A stretch of DNA of 63,867 bases, the filler included, from Squatina squatina (lineage: Eukaryota): the NCBI GenBank assembly GCA_031763465.1. It is 4 parts of 4 records of this genome, joined end to end, with 100 filler letters (N's around TTAATTAATTAA, not from the genome) between each part and the next. Parts side by side here need not be neighbours in the genome. Positions count along the whole stretch, not along the records: positions 14,195 to 30,793 come from JARFOE010000013.1; positions 30,894 to 51,041 come from JARFOE010000100.1; 2 more parts are not named here. The stretch is one strand, 5' to 3'. The position numbers and the translations under genes are program-made. Shown piece by piece: positions 26,168-38,997 of the stretch; position 1 is the stretch's first letter, and each line of letters starts with the position of its first letter. The notes beneath the pieces are model-generated. The model saw nothing but the letters and a program-made list of their open reading frames with translations. It was not told where the DNA came from and did not search any database.

Positions 26168-26254
26168 TGTTAGCCAATCCTCTATCCACGCCAATAAATT
26201 ACCTCCAACACCATGGGCTTTTATCTTGCAGCTTAACCTTTTGTGAGGTACCAA
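26168..26254 (-). mobile_element. CR1 reverse transcriptase fragment
   Basis: VPHKRLSCKIKAHGVGGNLLAWIEDWLT, the segment after the AFDKV motif of CR1 RT. Confidence 0.9.
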
Positions 26255-26796
26255 GTTTCCAAGACTTTAACGATTAATGTAATTTTTACTAATTTTCCAC
26301 AATTAGAATAATTTGTGAAAAACTACAAATTCTTTTTCTCTAACCTAGCCTTCTCTCTGAAAATGACATACACAAGCTCTCATATTCTTGCAGGAATGAC
26401 TGCGAGCCTCACACAAAGCAATATGCACATGCACAGCAAGCAGTAATACAAAAATAGTTCTTCAGAAGTAAACTTCCTAATTGCAGCTAGAGTCAGTTAA
26501 CATCAGTCGACTCCATGCAGGTTGCTTGTCAACTTACATGAAGACTAACCAGTAGGGGAGAACAGATGGAAGGCACAAAACTCTTGGATGGGTAAACTAC
26601 CTTTTTGTCCACCAGTAATCTTCTGCCACCTCCTGGTAATTTTTCACATATGCACTGGCGGTGGTGAGAATCGCAACATGCCAGAGAATTTCTGATATGT
26701 GCAGCCAGGTGAGATTCCCTTCCTGCCAGCAGGAGAATAAACCCAACTTTGTTATCTTTACAGAGAAGGGTTTCATTCAAACTACGAAGATCATGA

Positions 26797-26892
26797 TTAG
26801 AGCAGGGGAATAGGACTGGCTTGATTGATCTAGAGCCGGCATGGACTCAATGGGTCAAATGGCCTCCTTCTGTGCCGCAATGACTATGACTC
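26797..26892 (+). mobile_element. CR1-clade 3' end (second subfamily)
   Basis: AGAGCCGGCATGGACTCAATGGGTCAAATGGCCTCCTTCTGTGCCGCAATGACTATGAC. Confidence 0.75.
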
Positions 26893-26959
26893 TTCTCAAT
26901 TCTTCGTTACTGATCTTGAATTACATTCTTTTATTGTGGAGTGGCAGCTTGTGATGAGG

Positions 26960-27039
26960 CATATAGAAACATAGAAAATAGGTGCAGGAGAAGGCCATTC
27001 GGCCCTTCGAGCCTGCACCGCCATTCAATATGATCATGG
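26960..27039 (-). mobile_element. Well-preserved CR1 3' end
   Basis: ATAGAAACATAGAAAATAGGTGCAGGAGAAGGCCATTCGGCCCTTCGAGCCTGCACCGCCATTCAATATGATCATGG, truncated by a gap. Confidence 0.9.
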
Positions 27040-27139
27040 NNNNNNNNNNNNNNNNNNNNNNNNNNNNNNNNNNNNNNNNNNNNNNNNNNNNNNNNNNNNN
27101 NNNNNNNNNNNNNNNNNNNNNNNNNNNNNNNNNNNNNNN

Positions 27140-27900
27140 TTTGCTCCGCCTGCTGTCCTTTGGCTAGAGAGAATGAAATGTATCCAGTTTTCTTGGGATA
27201 GAGCGCCTCAGTGACTTCCCTTTATGCAACGGTGGATGGTAAACTGGGAGATGTTGCGAATATCACTAACTCCAGCCTGGAAGGAGTCCGATACATAAAA
27301 GTTCATGGCTGCCGTTCGCTTCAAGCCACTGCCAGTGTGGTCTTCACCCTGCTCTGAGGTTGCAGTTTTGATTGCANNNNNNNNNNACTATTCCCTGCTG
27401 AGGTTCAGGTAGGCCAATTGCTCCCTGAACACCCTGGGTGGATATGGTCTCCTGCTGAGAGCTCTTCTGCCCCTCCTCCCTCATTTAGTAGCCTGCCCTG
27501 CTCTGTGTCATCTCTGCTCATTCTACTAGTCATGCTGTTTTGGGAATAGGGAATGCCTATGATTGCACCCATGTCTGGGAGCAACTGGTTTGAGAAGAAG
27601 CCTTGAGCTCAAGGAAAAGTCCATCAGCACCTGCCACACAACTCCCTGCAGCCTTTTGCAACTTTAAAGAACTCTAGAAAGCACCAAACACTTGTACAAT
27701 CGTAGCAACAGCCAGTAGAAATCAATCAGCAAGTAACCTGTAAGTAGTTGATGATCTGTTTAAATAACGCTGGTCAGGAGTCCTTCCTTTTGCTGACTGC
27801 ATGTTCAGCTGCGCGAGCTTAAGAGAGGGCGTTAGCTGGAGGGTTGAGCTCCAAAATGGCCGATCATGGCTTCAAATCAGCATTATACGCTGATTGACGT
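27140..27900 (-). mobile_element. Harbinger transposase relic, 5' region and N-terminal half
   Basis: Reverse strand encodes MGAIIGIP...RRALSRRPYPPRVFREQLAYLNLS and SFQAGVSDIRNISQFTIHRCIREVTEALYPKKTGYISFSL, with stops and frameshifts. Confidence 0.85.
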
Positions 27901-27939
27901 CAAGATATGCCAATTCTGAATACTTACGGTGGATGCTCA

Positions 27940-29001
27940 CTGCAGGCTGTTCCAGTGGCCCTCAAAGTCACGGTGGCCTCAATTTCTTCGCTAGCAGATC
28001 TTTCCAGTCTGCAGCAGGAGACATAGCTAACATCTCCCAGTTCGTTGTCCACTGCTGCATCCGGGAGGTCAGAGAGGCTCTGTACACCAGGACAAGGGAC
28101 TATGTTGTTTTCTCTCTGAACAGTAAAAAGCAGGAGGAGCGCACATTTGGCTTTGCCAGGATAATGGGCTTTACAGGCACTGTATGCCAATCCTGAGATC
28201 TTCCATAACTGCAAATGCTACCACTCACTTAATGTGCAGTTGTTGTGTGACCACGCCCAGCACATCCTAAAAGTCAATGGCCACTATCCTCATCTGTGCG
28301 ACCATGCTCAGCACATCCTGATGGTTGATGGCCACTATCCTGACAGCAGATACGATGCCTTCATCCTGCATCAGTCCGGTGTGCCAGCAATCTTCCAGCC
28401 ACCAAATCAAACCTGAGCGCAGCTGCTCAGAGACGAGGGCTGCCCACTCTGCATCTGGCTGCTGACTCCCCTTCGCAACCCCTCCACTCCTGCCCAGCAC
28501 TGATATCATGAGAACCATATTGTCACCAGGAACATCAATGGAGCAGGCCATCGGGCTACTGAAGCAACAGTTCCGCTGCCTTGACTGCTCAGGAGGAGCC
28601 CTCCAGCACTCGCCGGAAGCAGGTGTTCCATTTCGTGATAGTCTGCTGCATGCGTCACAACTTGGCCATCATGAGGGTGCAGCCCTTGCCAGCAGGGCTT
28701 GCGGGACCACCACAGAAAGAGGATGAGGGAGAGGAGGAGGAGGAGGAGGAAAAGGAAGAGGAGCCAGAGAAAGAGGAGGAGGACGAGGTGGAAGGGAGGA
28801 GGCAGGCAGCAAATCCCCCTTCGGGACAGGCTGTTTGTGAATGCTCATCAGACTCTGATTCCAGGTCCCCATTGCTCACCACATCCTTATCATACCACCT
28901 CCCTGTCACAGAACATCACAGCGTCCTCCTAGGCACAAAGCTGAAATGAGAGCCACCATAAAACAAACAATCCCAACAAAATTAATAAATTTATTAGTAT
29001 T
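27940..29001 (+). mobile_element. Harbinger (HARBI1-like DDE) transposase relic, middle to C-terminus
   Basis: LNFFASRSFQSAAGDIANISQFVVHCCIREVREALY, HSLNVQLLCDH, DAFILHQS, WLLTPLRNP, EQAIGLLKQQFRCLDCSGGALQHSP, VCCMRHNLAIMR and an acidic tail. Frameshifted; the GAIDCTH segment appears deleted. Confidence 0.93.
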
Positions 29002-30793
29002 NNNNNNNNNNNNNNNNNNNNNNNNNNNNNNNNNNNNNNNNNNNNNNNNNNNNNNNNNNNNNNNNNNNNNNNNNNNNNNNNNNNNNNNNNNNNNNNNNNN
29101 NTCTATGCTCCCGTGCATTTGTTGTGCACCTGCTCTTCCAACACTCAGGACCACTGAATCTGCCCATAGGATCCAACAAAGAATAACCTTATAAGATACC
29201 TTTATAACACCATCTGTGGAAGTCAAACCAAAAGCATGGTATAGCTTCACACCAGGATCAGCCTAGTTGTTACCCATGACAACAGAGATGCTAGCCATAA
29301 CAAAGGCTTCTTTCTCTCTCCTTTCCCTATTTGGTCATTTGTGCAGTCTATCAACACTCAGAAGTACCCTGCTGAGTTCATAGTGTAAATCAGTACTCAC
29401 ACTGGAGAAACTGCAAGTAGTGACTAGGGTACAACTGTGTTTACTTTTACTCCTAATCAAATGCTAATGCACATTCTGAATTCTATAATTCAGTTTGACA
29501 TTCTATTATGTACCATAACATTGCATTTCTGTATTGACTGGAATTTCCTGGTTGTAATAACTGAAATCAAAGTTTGAAACTGAACAGTTTAATCAGTAAT
29601 TCCCCACTGCCCCACAACATCATCACTCACTCACCTCCCACTCACCAGCTAAAGCAGCAGGGATCAGCTTTTGCATCAAGTCACTGCTCATGATTTAGTC
29701 TCATTGGGCCAATTATATTGCAACATGTTCTTTCTTCCCTTTGAACCATTAGAAGAATTATTATTTACTCCATCACAATAATACATTATGCCACCGTTCT
29801 ATTATTTATTTGTTGCTGCTTGTGAATTTGCACATAGTGGATTGTCACTGTTTCGTTGATAGGAAAGAAAGGAAAATCAAAACATTTGGCACTATTGGTG
29901 GACAGGGATTGAATCTTTTTTACACTAATAAAACATTTTAAGTCAATAATGTATTGACCTCAGCATTGAATGTCACAAGATTATTTGACTTTTAAACAAA
30001 ATTGAACTGGAGTAGGGGAAAACTTTGCTGGCAGATTTTAAATATAGAGATTTGTACAAACATTGCTAATGTACCAGAACACGGATAAACATATACCAGC
30101 ATTCTAGAAAACAGTGTCACTTTACTTTATCTTAAACACTACCAGGAGAAAACTTGTCAAAGTCAAAACCTTCAAACTGCAAATACATTTTGATAGCTCT
30201 AAGAGTACTTTCAACAATTAAAAAAGTACAAAATTATTGCACTCATTTGTGCCCCTTCAAATCACTTTCATGGTAATTTTGAGGAACTGCCCAAATTAAC
30301 AGCTCAGCATTGTAACTCATTTAAATTTTTTGAAAGTCTAATGTGATTCGCATAAAGCTCTCCCAGAACTGTTTCAGAGGGTCCATCCAATGCAAATTGG
30401 AAAGAATTTCACAGACAATATTGAATATTTAGTGCACCTCAATTACCATCTTGAAGAATAGGCTAACCAGTGGGATGTAACGATGAATACTGCCCTCAGA
30501 CTAATAAGGTATAGTATTGTAGAATATGTAGAATAAAGGTGCTTCTGCTTTACCTGAATAGAGTCTCTTATCCCAACTTCAAGGACAGCCTCTACTGAAG
30601 CTGATTTGTGATTGTGAATTAGACTTTGAAAATGGTAAAGATTTTCTTTTAGTCTGGGATGATGCAGAAATGGATCTGTATTACCAATAGCAACTGCAGG
30701 TAGTGATAGCATTTCTGGAACTTTAGAACTGCTAATTTGATTCATGTGTGAAAAATTATGGCTAAGCAGGTGGTACACTGTCCTTTGACTTTG

Positions 30794-30893
30794 NNNNNNN
30801 NNNNNNNNNNNNNNNNNNNNNNNNNNNNNNNNNNNNNTTAATTAATTAANNNNNNNNNNNNNNNNNNNNNNNNNNNNNNNNNNNNNNNNNNNN
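30794..30893. other. Artificial scaffold linker (N44-TTAATTAATTAA-N44)
   Basis: TTAATTAATTAA at 30838-30849 between two 44-N runs. Confidence 0.97.
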
Positions 30894-33473
30894 GGCATCT
30901 AGCCCAAGGTGCTCCTCAGCTGTTTCTCAGTGAGTTCAATGACCACAGAAGCAGAGGAGAACCCTATTCTTCTAAAAACTGCTCACATAGTGTTTCTCTT
31001 CCTAATACGGTCACAAAGGATTGATGAACAACGAAGACTTCCTGCATTTAACCACTGTTGTGCAATATATTTTTGTCGTGAATATTAATTGAGTGCAAAT
31101 CCTTTCTCTTCATAAAGGCCATGGAGCCAACACGAAGGTTCCTAATGCCCACTTGAGTTCAATGCATGACTGCACTCAAGCGAACCCTGCTATGCAGTGA
31201 GTTTTATATCCTGTCCAGCTGATGCTTCCTTTCCACTAAAAATGTAATGAAGGTAGTTCCCCTTGCAAGCACAGCATTTGCCACCTTCCTGATAAATGTG
31301 TGCATTGCAGACTGCCTGTGTGGCTTGGAAGGATACAGTGGCTTCACAGCTGCATACGCTAACCTTCATTTCCACAGGAAAAGCTGTCCCTGGTCCACCA
31401 TTTACATGCAGGTCATTGTGCAGCAGATGGCGTCGCCCTGTGGCAGGAGGTGGTGGCGACAGGACTCTGACGTGTCCAGTAGCAGGTACAGGGTAGCGGC
31501 GGGTGTGGCCAACATGCCTCAGGGCTTATTGTACTTGTGTTTGTTGGACACTCTCAAACATTTCTTCCTCATTTCAATTATACAGAACTTTTGGAATTCC
31601 TCCCCACAACCCCACCCCCCGCAAAGGAATAGCAATGCTCATCTCTTCATCAGGCACAACATCAAATCTCTCAAAAATGAAGAATGCTGAAGAAAAGTAT
31701 TGGCAGATGCAAAACCCTCAAAATGGAAGCCCACCCACCTAGTAGAACCAGCTAACAAATAGGGCAAAGTACTGCCAAGGGTTCCTGAAAATGGAAACCG
31801 ATTTGAAGATGTAATGTGTTAAAAACTTACCTTCTCCGTTAAGAAGGCTTACCAAGCCGGTCTTGCCAGTTTCAGTTGTATTCCACCTATATTTTATGGA
31901 CAAGGGCACCTCTATGGGTAACAGTGGTAGAGATATCCAGCTGAGATCCATCAGAACTTAATTTCTAGATGTTATTGAGCCCCCCACATGCGTGAAGTGT
32001 GAATGCTTCCCAAATTTGAATGCACTAGGATTCAGGCACATGACATTCAGGGTCTGAGTTTTCAGCCCATGCTGGGCTCCATTGGCAGTCTGGACGTTTT
32101 ATAAAATCAAGGTTTCAATGTAGCAGGTCTTTAATGATCCTTGAACAAAAGCTTCCATATTTTATTCCATACAAAGCCTAAGAAAATTACACATTAACTG
32201 CAATAACTCCTCTCAGGGGAAGCATTACTGTTCAAATCATGTTTAACCTCAAAGCTTCTATCCCGGATGATTCTTTCTCTGAAATTGTTTCACTTTTATT
32301 TGTTGAAGTCCATTCTGACCTAATCTGTCATCTTCAAGCTGCTTTGTTTCTGAAAAAATCAATTAAAACATAATAAGGAACATATTCTAATGTTTGTTTA
32401 TAATCTGTAGTAAGTTTCATTTGCATGACAAATAATTCAGGGAAAGCAGTGCATTTTTGACAGTGCTTGGCATTAGTGAATTATGTTGCTTATTTTTCTG
32501 CTTATGTGTGTGTTAATCAAAGGGAAGGATGTCACTGCTGAGAAATTTTCCACTTTTCTACCCAATGTCACCTTAATTATTTCTGGATCAGTTGTGGCAT
32601 GGCATAGATTCAAAATAAATCTGCTTCTCCATTGTGTGTGTATGTATGTATTGTGAACATAATTTGGTTTTATATAATAGATATAAATATATATAAACAA
32701 ATCATATAAGCCTTCTCTTTGTAAGCAGATTTATGATTTTGTTGTTACACATTGTGCCATAAGCCCCAACTCCAAATAAGCTTCCCCCAACACATTCCAT
32801 TTACCACACCAACTACCCTGATGATCATTTTGACTGATGTTGTTCCAGTAGTGCTGAATTATGAGTGATAACAGGTACATATACCCACTAGGAACTTGGT
32901 TGAGGTAACCCAGACTCAGGTGTACTGATTGAAATAAGCAGATTNNNNNNNNNNNNNNNNNNNNNNNNNNNNNNNNNNNNNNNNNNNNNNNNNNNNNNNN
33001 NNNNNNNNNNNNNNNNNNNNNNNNNNNNNNNNNNNNNNNNNNNNTACACCTATTGGCCCCATATAGCCACCAGCTATAAAAATGCCAATTGGGCGCCCCA
33101 GCTGCCTCATCCAAAATGGCTGTGATATTGAACTAGTCTTCCTACTGATGATTCACAACAAATTTATGACATTTGTTTCAAAGTATGGTATTGTTCAGTT
33201 TCCCAACTACCTACTTGTCACCATGAACTGCTCTGGGAATCCTTCACAGTTGTGGAATACAGGAAAGGGACTTGAGAAAATGATATATATACATGGAAAT
33301 GCACACATCCAGCTAATGTTGTAAGTTTGATCTGAACAGTGAACACAAGGTTGTCGACATAACAGAGCATCTGAAATGCTGGAGAGCTACATATTTTTTC
33401 CTGCACACTTATAATTTTCTGCTGTAAGCGAAGAGGAAAAAAGAAAGAAATCAATGCAAAGAAATATTTTTAC

Positions 33474-33684
33474 CGTTATTGGCATCAGATTGTCTTTGAG
33501 ATGAGAGCGCAAACCGAAGTAGCACAGCAGGTAGTGCTCACTCGGGAGAAGAATTATCAGCAGGACTTGCGCTAGGAAGAAGTGCATCTTCTGTGGACTA
33601 ATCAGAAAGCATGCAGTGCAGATCAGCCTATGTTGTCAGCTGAAGTAGGAAAGAGCCTGGTGTTGGTAGCCATCAAAGAAGAAC
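33474..33684 (-). other. Candidate exon with ATG (33587) and 38 codons of signal-peptide-like sequence
   Basis: Acceptor gctgtttcttgtag|G; AAGATGC start context; MHFFLAQVLLIILLPSEHYLLCYFGLRSHLKDNLMPIT; donor ACG|gtaaaa. No homologue recognised. Confidence 0.3.
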
Positions 33685-34250
33685 CTACAAGAAACAGCAA
33701 ATATAAATTTAGAAAGTCTACAGACTGTCATTTCTGCCGTGCACAGGAACCACTGATTTTGTGTTATTCGTGCTCTGGCATATAAAGTAGCCATTTTAAG
33801 TGAACAGATGTGACAGTTTCATTATTCATGATTGATGATGATCATGTTGGAAAGTTTGGCTGGTTAATGCAATTAGAATGAATACTGGAGTATTTCACGT
33901 AGATTCTGTTCTGGAAGTTGAAGGTAAAATATTAAAAATCATTTCTTTTAATTGCAATTCTTTTGAAAGTAGCTAATTGACATCTGATACGGCAGACACT
34001 ACCTTCATAAGAGTTATGTAGCAATGAAATAGCTGGTGTAAATTCAACAAGCATTTATTGATTTGGTTAACAAAAAACCCAAAGGAAAAGAAACTTACAG
34101 TTTCAAAGAAAAATCACTTTTGAAAAATGAGAAATGTTGATAATATATATTGAATAAGTGAGACAAAGGAAAACATAAACTGAAGAAAAAGATTGGGTGC
34201 GGATAATAATGTTCCAATTTCTCAGCAATACACATCAAATCAAGTATTTA

Positions 34251-34656
34251 GGACCCGAAATTCAGCATTTATTAGCGCCGCTTTCTCGCCTTATGAAGGC
34301 GTTATGGAGGCGCAAAAAAACTTAAAGCGCTAAAAGACCGATTAGCGCCTCCCGTGAAATTCGGCCCCCATTTTCTCAAGGCGTAAAAAAACCTCGCCTC
34401 CGTGGCCCAGCGAGGTGCTACCTTTGGAGGCGCTAGCTGCCGGTGATGTCATCAAGCAGCGCAACACCTTCATGGCGCCTCGTCACAAAATTCAGCACTA
34501 CTCCATCTTGGTTTCGGAGCTGAAATCGCCAACTCCTTCTGAGAGCGGTGAGTGGGTGAGAGGGTGCTTGCAATCGGCTGAAAGGTCATGACGTCTCATT
34601 TACTGTTTGTGCTGGCCTGTAAGAAATTTAGAAGTGAAACTGAGGGGAACTTTGCC
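34251..34656. mobile_element. Harbinger-type non-autonomous element end
   Basis: TTA followed by GGACCCGAAATTC, many GGCGC/AGCGC subterminal motifs, ends in a gap. Confidence 0.7.
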
Positions 34657-36064
34657 NNNNNNNNNNNNNNNNNNNNNNNNNNNNNNNNNNNNNNNNNNNN
34701 NNNNNNNNNNNNNNNNNNNNNNNNNNNNNNNNNNNNNNNNNNNNNNNNNNNNNNNNATCAAGTCTTGTTCCAGTTTATTAAAGGAGTTGTTTATTAAGCC
34801 CATTGCATTCTCATCATAACTATTTGAGCTCTAACAGTGATTTGACAATCCTAAATGAAATTTGAATATTAATATGCTCAGTCACGCATCTACTTTTTCT
34901 ATTTACTGTTTACAATTTATACCAGTTAACTGTCTCTCAATCTTCACCCATTTTATCTGTATTCCATAATCCTGCTATCTCACATTTACCTCCAGTTTAT
35001 TTGTATTTAAATTGACTTGCATTATACTGATATTTGCAATCCACTGAATCTATTAGAAATATAAAGAGGGTTACTTGAATTTGAAAAATAGGTTGTGATC
35101 TGAATCTGCATTCCTTATACAATGCAGAAGTCATTTAAAAATATTTCTCAGAAAAATTACCAGCACCAGAAGAAATTTGTCTTTGCTGCTTCAATCAGCT
35201 AGAGAGATGAATAAAATATTTTTGAGATTTGCCAAAAGAAGTTTGGGCTTTATATTCTGAGAAAAGCATGAACCACTTGTTTTGGAGAGATGGGCGTAAA
35301 AATGGAAGCCGGAATGAAATGAGTTAATTTGTCTGGAGTGAAATGCTGCAGCCATTATTTTGGATAATTTTTAAATTAAATGATAGTTGCCTCATTATAG
35401 CAATAAGTGGTAAATTATTCATCTTTAAAGTCATGTGGTGGTGCCTTAATACATACTCTGTATGAATGATGCTCAAACTTATTTGAAAATTATTAATGTA
35501 GATCCATGCTGTGGAAACTCGTGCTATGGAAATTTTATAACTTAATTTGGTTTCATCAATTTCCTTGAGTGGTGTTATCACTCATCCTTCAATGGAACTT
35601 TATAATTTGCTGCAGTTGGAGTTTGAGATATGCTCATTTGTATTTTGAGATTCAGCTTTTCAATTTCTAGGTGCCACCAGCAGCAATCCAAACACAATAG
35701 GATCTTATGGGGTTCAGGCTGTTGAACATGAAGTCAATGGAGTGGCCTCAATCAGTGAGGTGCCAATTTGCTATCACCTGTTACTTCATCCGGAGAAAAT
35801 AGTTAAAAATACTCCCTTACAGTGCATTGTCTTTAAGGATAACCTCATCAGTCTGTCTGGTACTAGTGACCAAGATGTCTGATTGACCGAGAAAAAGTTC
35901 AGAGAGACAAGGGTTTTAGAATGTAGTTGCAAGGGTAAGCAGTAGCAGATAAGTGGCTGAAAAGNNNNNNNNNNNNNNNNNNNNNNNNNNNNNNNNNNNN
36001 NNNNNNNNNNNNNNNNNNNNNNNNNNNNNNNNNNNNNNNNNNNNNNNNNNNNNNNNNNNNNNNN

Positions 36065-37419
36065 CTAGCACTCTGCTGCAGACCAGCTTGGTGAAGATCA
36101 GTGGCTCATTGTAAGGCCATGGATATTCTTGTTTAAGTCGTCAGACATGTTGTATCCAAAGTTTGCACGGCAGGTGTCATGGCCTGCATGGACTCATTTG
36201 AGAGCTGGGTTTGAAGCTCCAGGGAAGCGGCCATGCTCTCCAAGGTAGACAATCTCTCCATTACCTGCGCCACCAATCCACCAGTGATGAAGTTGGACTC
36301 CTCCATCCTCTCCGCTATTGGGGAGAGTGTGCACAGCAGTCTGTCAGTACCTGGCTTAGTTGCTGATGCACTTCTAACATTCTCCTTCTCAACAATGGCC
36401 TCTGGGATTCAGCATCTGTGTCCAGCTGAGTAGAACTTGGAGAGGAGTGCGCCTTGCGATGCAGACTCTGCACAGCTGTACTTACCACCACTCTGCGCTT
36501 GCTCACTTCTGAACTGTGATTCACCGGGTGAGATCCCACTTAACTCTCTCAATGGATCCTGTGCAGTGTGCCTATCTGCGCTGGCAAATGATTGACGGTG
36601 CACCCTCAGAAGGAATCAGCTCCTCTGAGGAATCTTCTTCTGGGAAGTCCATGGTCTGCTGTTGTACGTGTGAAAGTCCTGGAGGAGAGAGGAAATGGAT
36701 ATAAATTGGTACTGGCAATGTAAGAATGTTGCTACTGAGCACAATTAAAATGATTATATTTCACTAGTTGCTGAAGTCAGTCCACATGACACTGTTTTGC
36801 ACAAGTTGTGGGTCAGAGATATTTCATTTTGTCGCCAGGCATCTGCAATGTCCCAGTCTCTCCATCTCTAATGGTCCGGAATGCAGATATGCCACTCATA
36901 TCCTCAGCCACTTCCTCTGATGGTGTCAGCTGCACTATGTGCAGCAGCCCACCTTTGGTCCTCTTCCCCCTCCCTTGTGTTCTGTGCTCGTTCCTCCTGC
37001 AACGGGGGAATGACAGACCTAGGAGTGTCTGTAAGACATGTGCTCACCCAATGGATGCAGTGCATTCAGTAAGGGCAACAATCAGGCAGGTGCATCACAT
37101 TGCATAATGATTGGGCTGGGTGACAATGGTGGATAGATAAACGGGGAGGTGAGGAAGCACATAGAAAATGAATGATGGGTGCTGTTCAAACTTAAATGGG
37201 TGTGAGGAGTGACGTGATGGAATATGCTTGACAAGACAGAGTGAGGTGGAGATGTCCACTGCAGGATGTAGGTGAAGCTGCAATTATACTCACCTTTGCT
37301 GACCTGGTTAGGCCATTAAAGTGCTTCCTGCATTGTATCCAGGTATGGACCACAATAATCCTGCTGCTGACCTCCTCAGCCACCTCTAACCACACATTCT
37401 TCATTACAGCAGTGGATTT
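36065..37419 (-). mobile_element. Harbinger Myb/SANT DNA-binding partner gene relic (intron-containing)
   Basis: WLEVAEEVSSRIIVVHTWIQCRKHFNGLTRSAK|gtgagt (exon end 37294). After acceptor gttgcag| at 36996, EERAQNTRE..RTKGG....QLTPSEE (frameshifted) matches the EK.A.N.RE..TGGG..LT..EE pattern. Confidence 0.85.
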
Positions 37420-38743
37420 NNNNNNNNNNNNNNNNNNNNNNNNNNNNNNNNNNNNNNNNNNNNNNNNNNNNNNNNNNNNNNNNNNNNNNNNNNNNNNNNN
37501 NNNNNNNNNNNNNNNNNNNAAATGCAAATCAATTTTTGGTAGATGGGGCTTGAATCTTGGAAATGAAAATATAACTCATTTTTTAAAATCCAAGCATGAT
37601 CTCTGCTCATAATAGGTTAAGATACAAATGAACGTCTAAACATATCAAATTAATTCGGTAATCCTCCTAATCTTCCATTGAGCACTATCTGGAGAACACA
37701 ATAGTACCATCAGGAAAATATTAAAACATCTGAAATACAACAGTTGGGTAGGAAAAAAGGAAACGGGTGCTTCAAAAAAATGAATTGTCCTTGATTTTGC
37801 TAAAACTTTGCTTATAGGAATAATTTAAAAACCGTGGTAAAATAGTGCCATAAACTAGGTAGGAGTAACCAATGTGATTGAGGTGATAAAAGAACTTCAC
37901 ATTCAAGGTTAATGTTAACCACCAGAGAATAAATATTTTAGTGAAAATATCACTGAACTTCAAGGGCCTTAGCTTGGACACCAGATTTGGGGACTTCTTT
38001 GTTTATTTATAATTAAGTTTATATGTTCAACATGATATATTTTTATTTTAATACGTCAGAGAAAAAAAATTACATAACCTACATATTATGACATTGCTGT
38101 AGTTTTGTTATGTTCTACTTACAACAGAAAACATCAATAGATTGGGGCTGTTGCTACAGTTTGGCATGCACTGGGAGCCACACACTTTGGAGGTCTGAAT
38201 AATTTGCTCAGACCCCAGAGGTTCAGCTGAGTCAGTGGGATTTAAAGAATCCTGCCTGTAAGGAGGGCTGTCAAAGGGATAAGTCAGTGCCATTCACAAT
38301 GCTTTTGTGGCTCATTTCATTGCAAAGTAATGCTCCATAGCTTTTGGACACATTCCAAGTTGAAGATTCTTGGCTTCCTGGAGTGGGGAGACACTGTTTG
38401 TCGGAGGTGGGTGTCTGGGTACAGGAGGTTTCCGAGCAAGGATTCTAGACTCCTTGGTGTTTCAAAATTCAGAAGACTTTGAATATTGCCCCTTCCAATT
38501 GGCATATGTTGGCATATGTCCCACAAGAGTTTCAACCAAGTTTGTTGTATGTGGAGGGCTACACTTTGGGGTGCAGGGGGTAGAGGCGAGGAGAGACGTG
38601 TCTGTTTATGGGTGTCTCATTCTCCATTGGGTGAGCTTAAACANNNNNNNNNNNNNNNNNNNNNNNNNNNNNNNNNNNNNNNNNNNNNNNNNNNNNNNNN
38701 NNNNNNNNNNNNNNNNNNNNNNNNNNNNNNNNNNNNNNNNNNN

Positions 38744-38997
38744 GCAGCTTTAAGCAATGAAGTGGGCTGTTCGGTAGTTGGAAGCAGTTAAGCCAACTGA
38801 GGTATTTGCATGCTGAAGCTATGCATGAATAGCTCTGTTAAGTATGGGCCCTTTAACGTTTACGTTTGCACGTGTTTGAACGCTCAGATTCTGAAGTGAC
38901 TAATTGGGGGCTTGACGCAAAAATTTCAAAGAGTCCCATTTCCAGCAGTAAATTCGGCGCTTGGCGCTACCAACGCCCAAAACCCGAATTGGGCGCC
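38744..38997. mobile_element. Harbinger-type element right end
   Basis: Ends CCCGAATTGGGCGCC followed by TTA; resembles the reverse complement of the terminus at 39874. Confidence 0.6.

Noticed and set aside
28716-28800. Poly-Glu or poly-Arg protein
   Set aside because: It is the acidic low-complexity tail of the Harbinger transposase.
27894-28949. Host HARBI1 gene
   Set aside because: Frameshifts, stops, a deleted catalytic segment and several related copies nearby indicate a dead transposon.
36065-37419. Host MSANTD/NAIF1-type gene
   Set aside because: The second exon is frameshifted and the relic sits among Harbinger fragments between gaps.
38290-38643. Possible L1/Tx1 fragment
   Set aside because: No diagnostic motif could be read in any frame; left unassigned.
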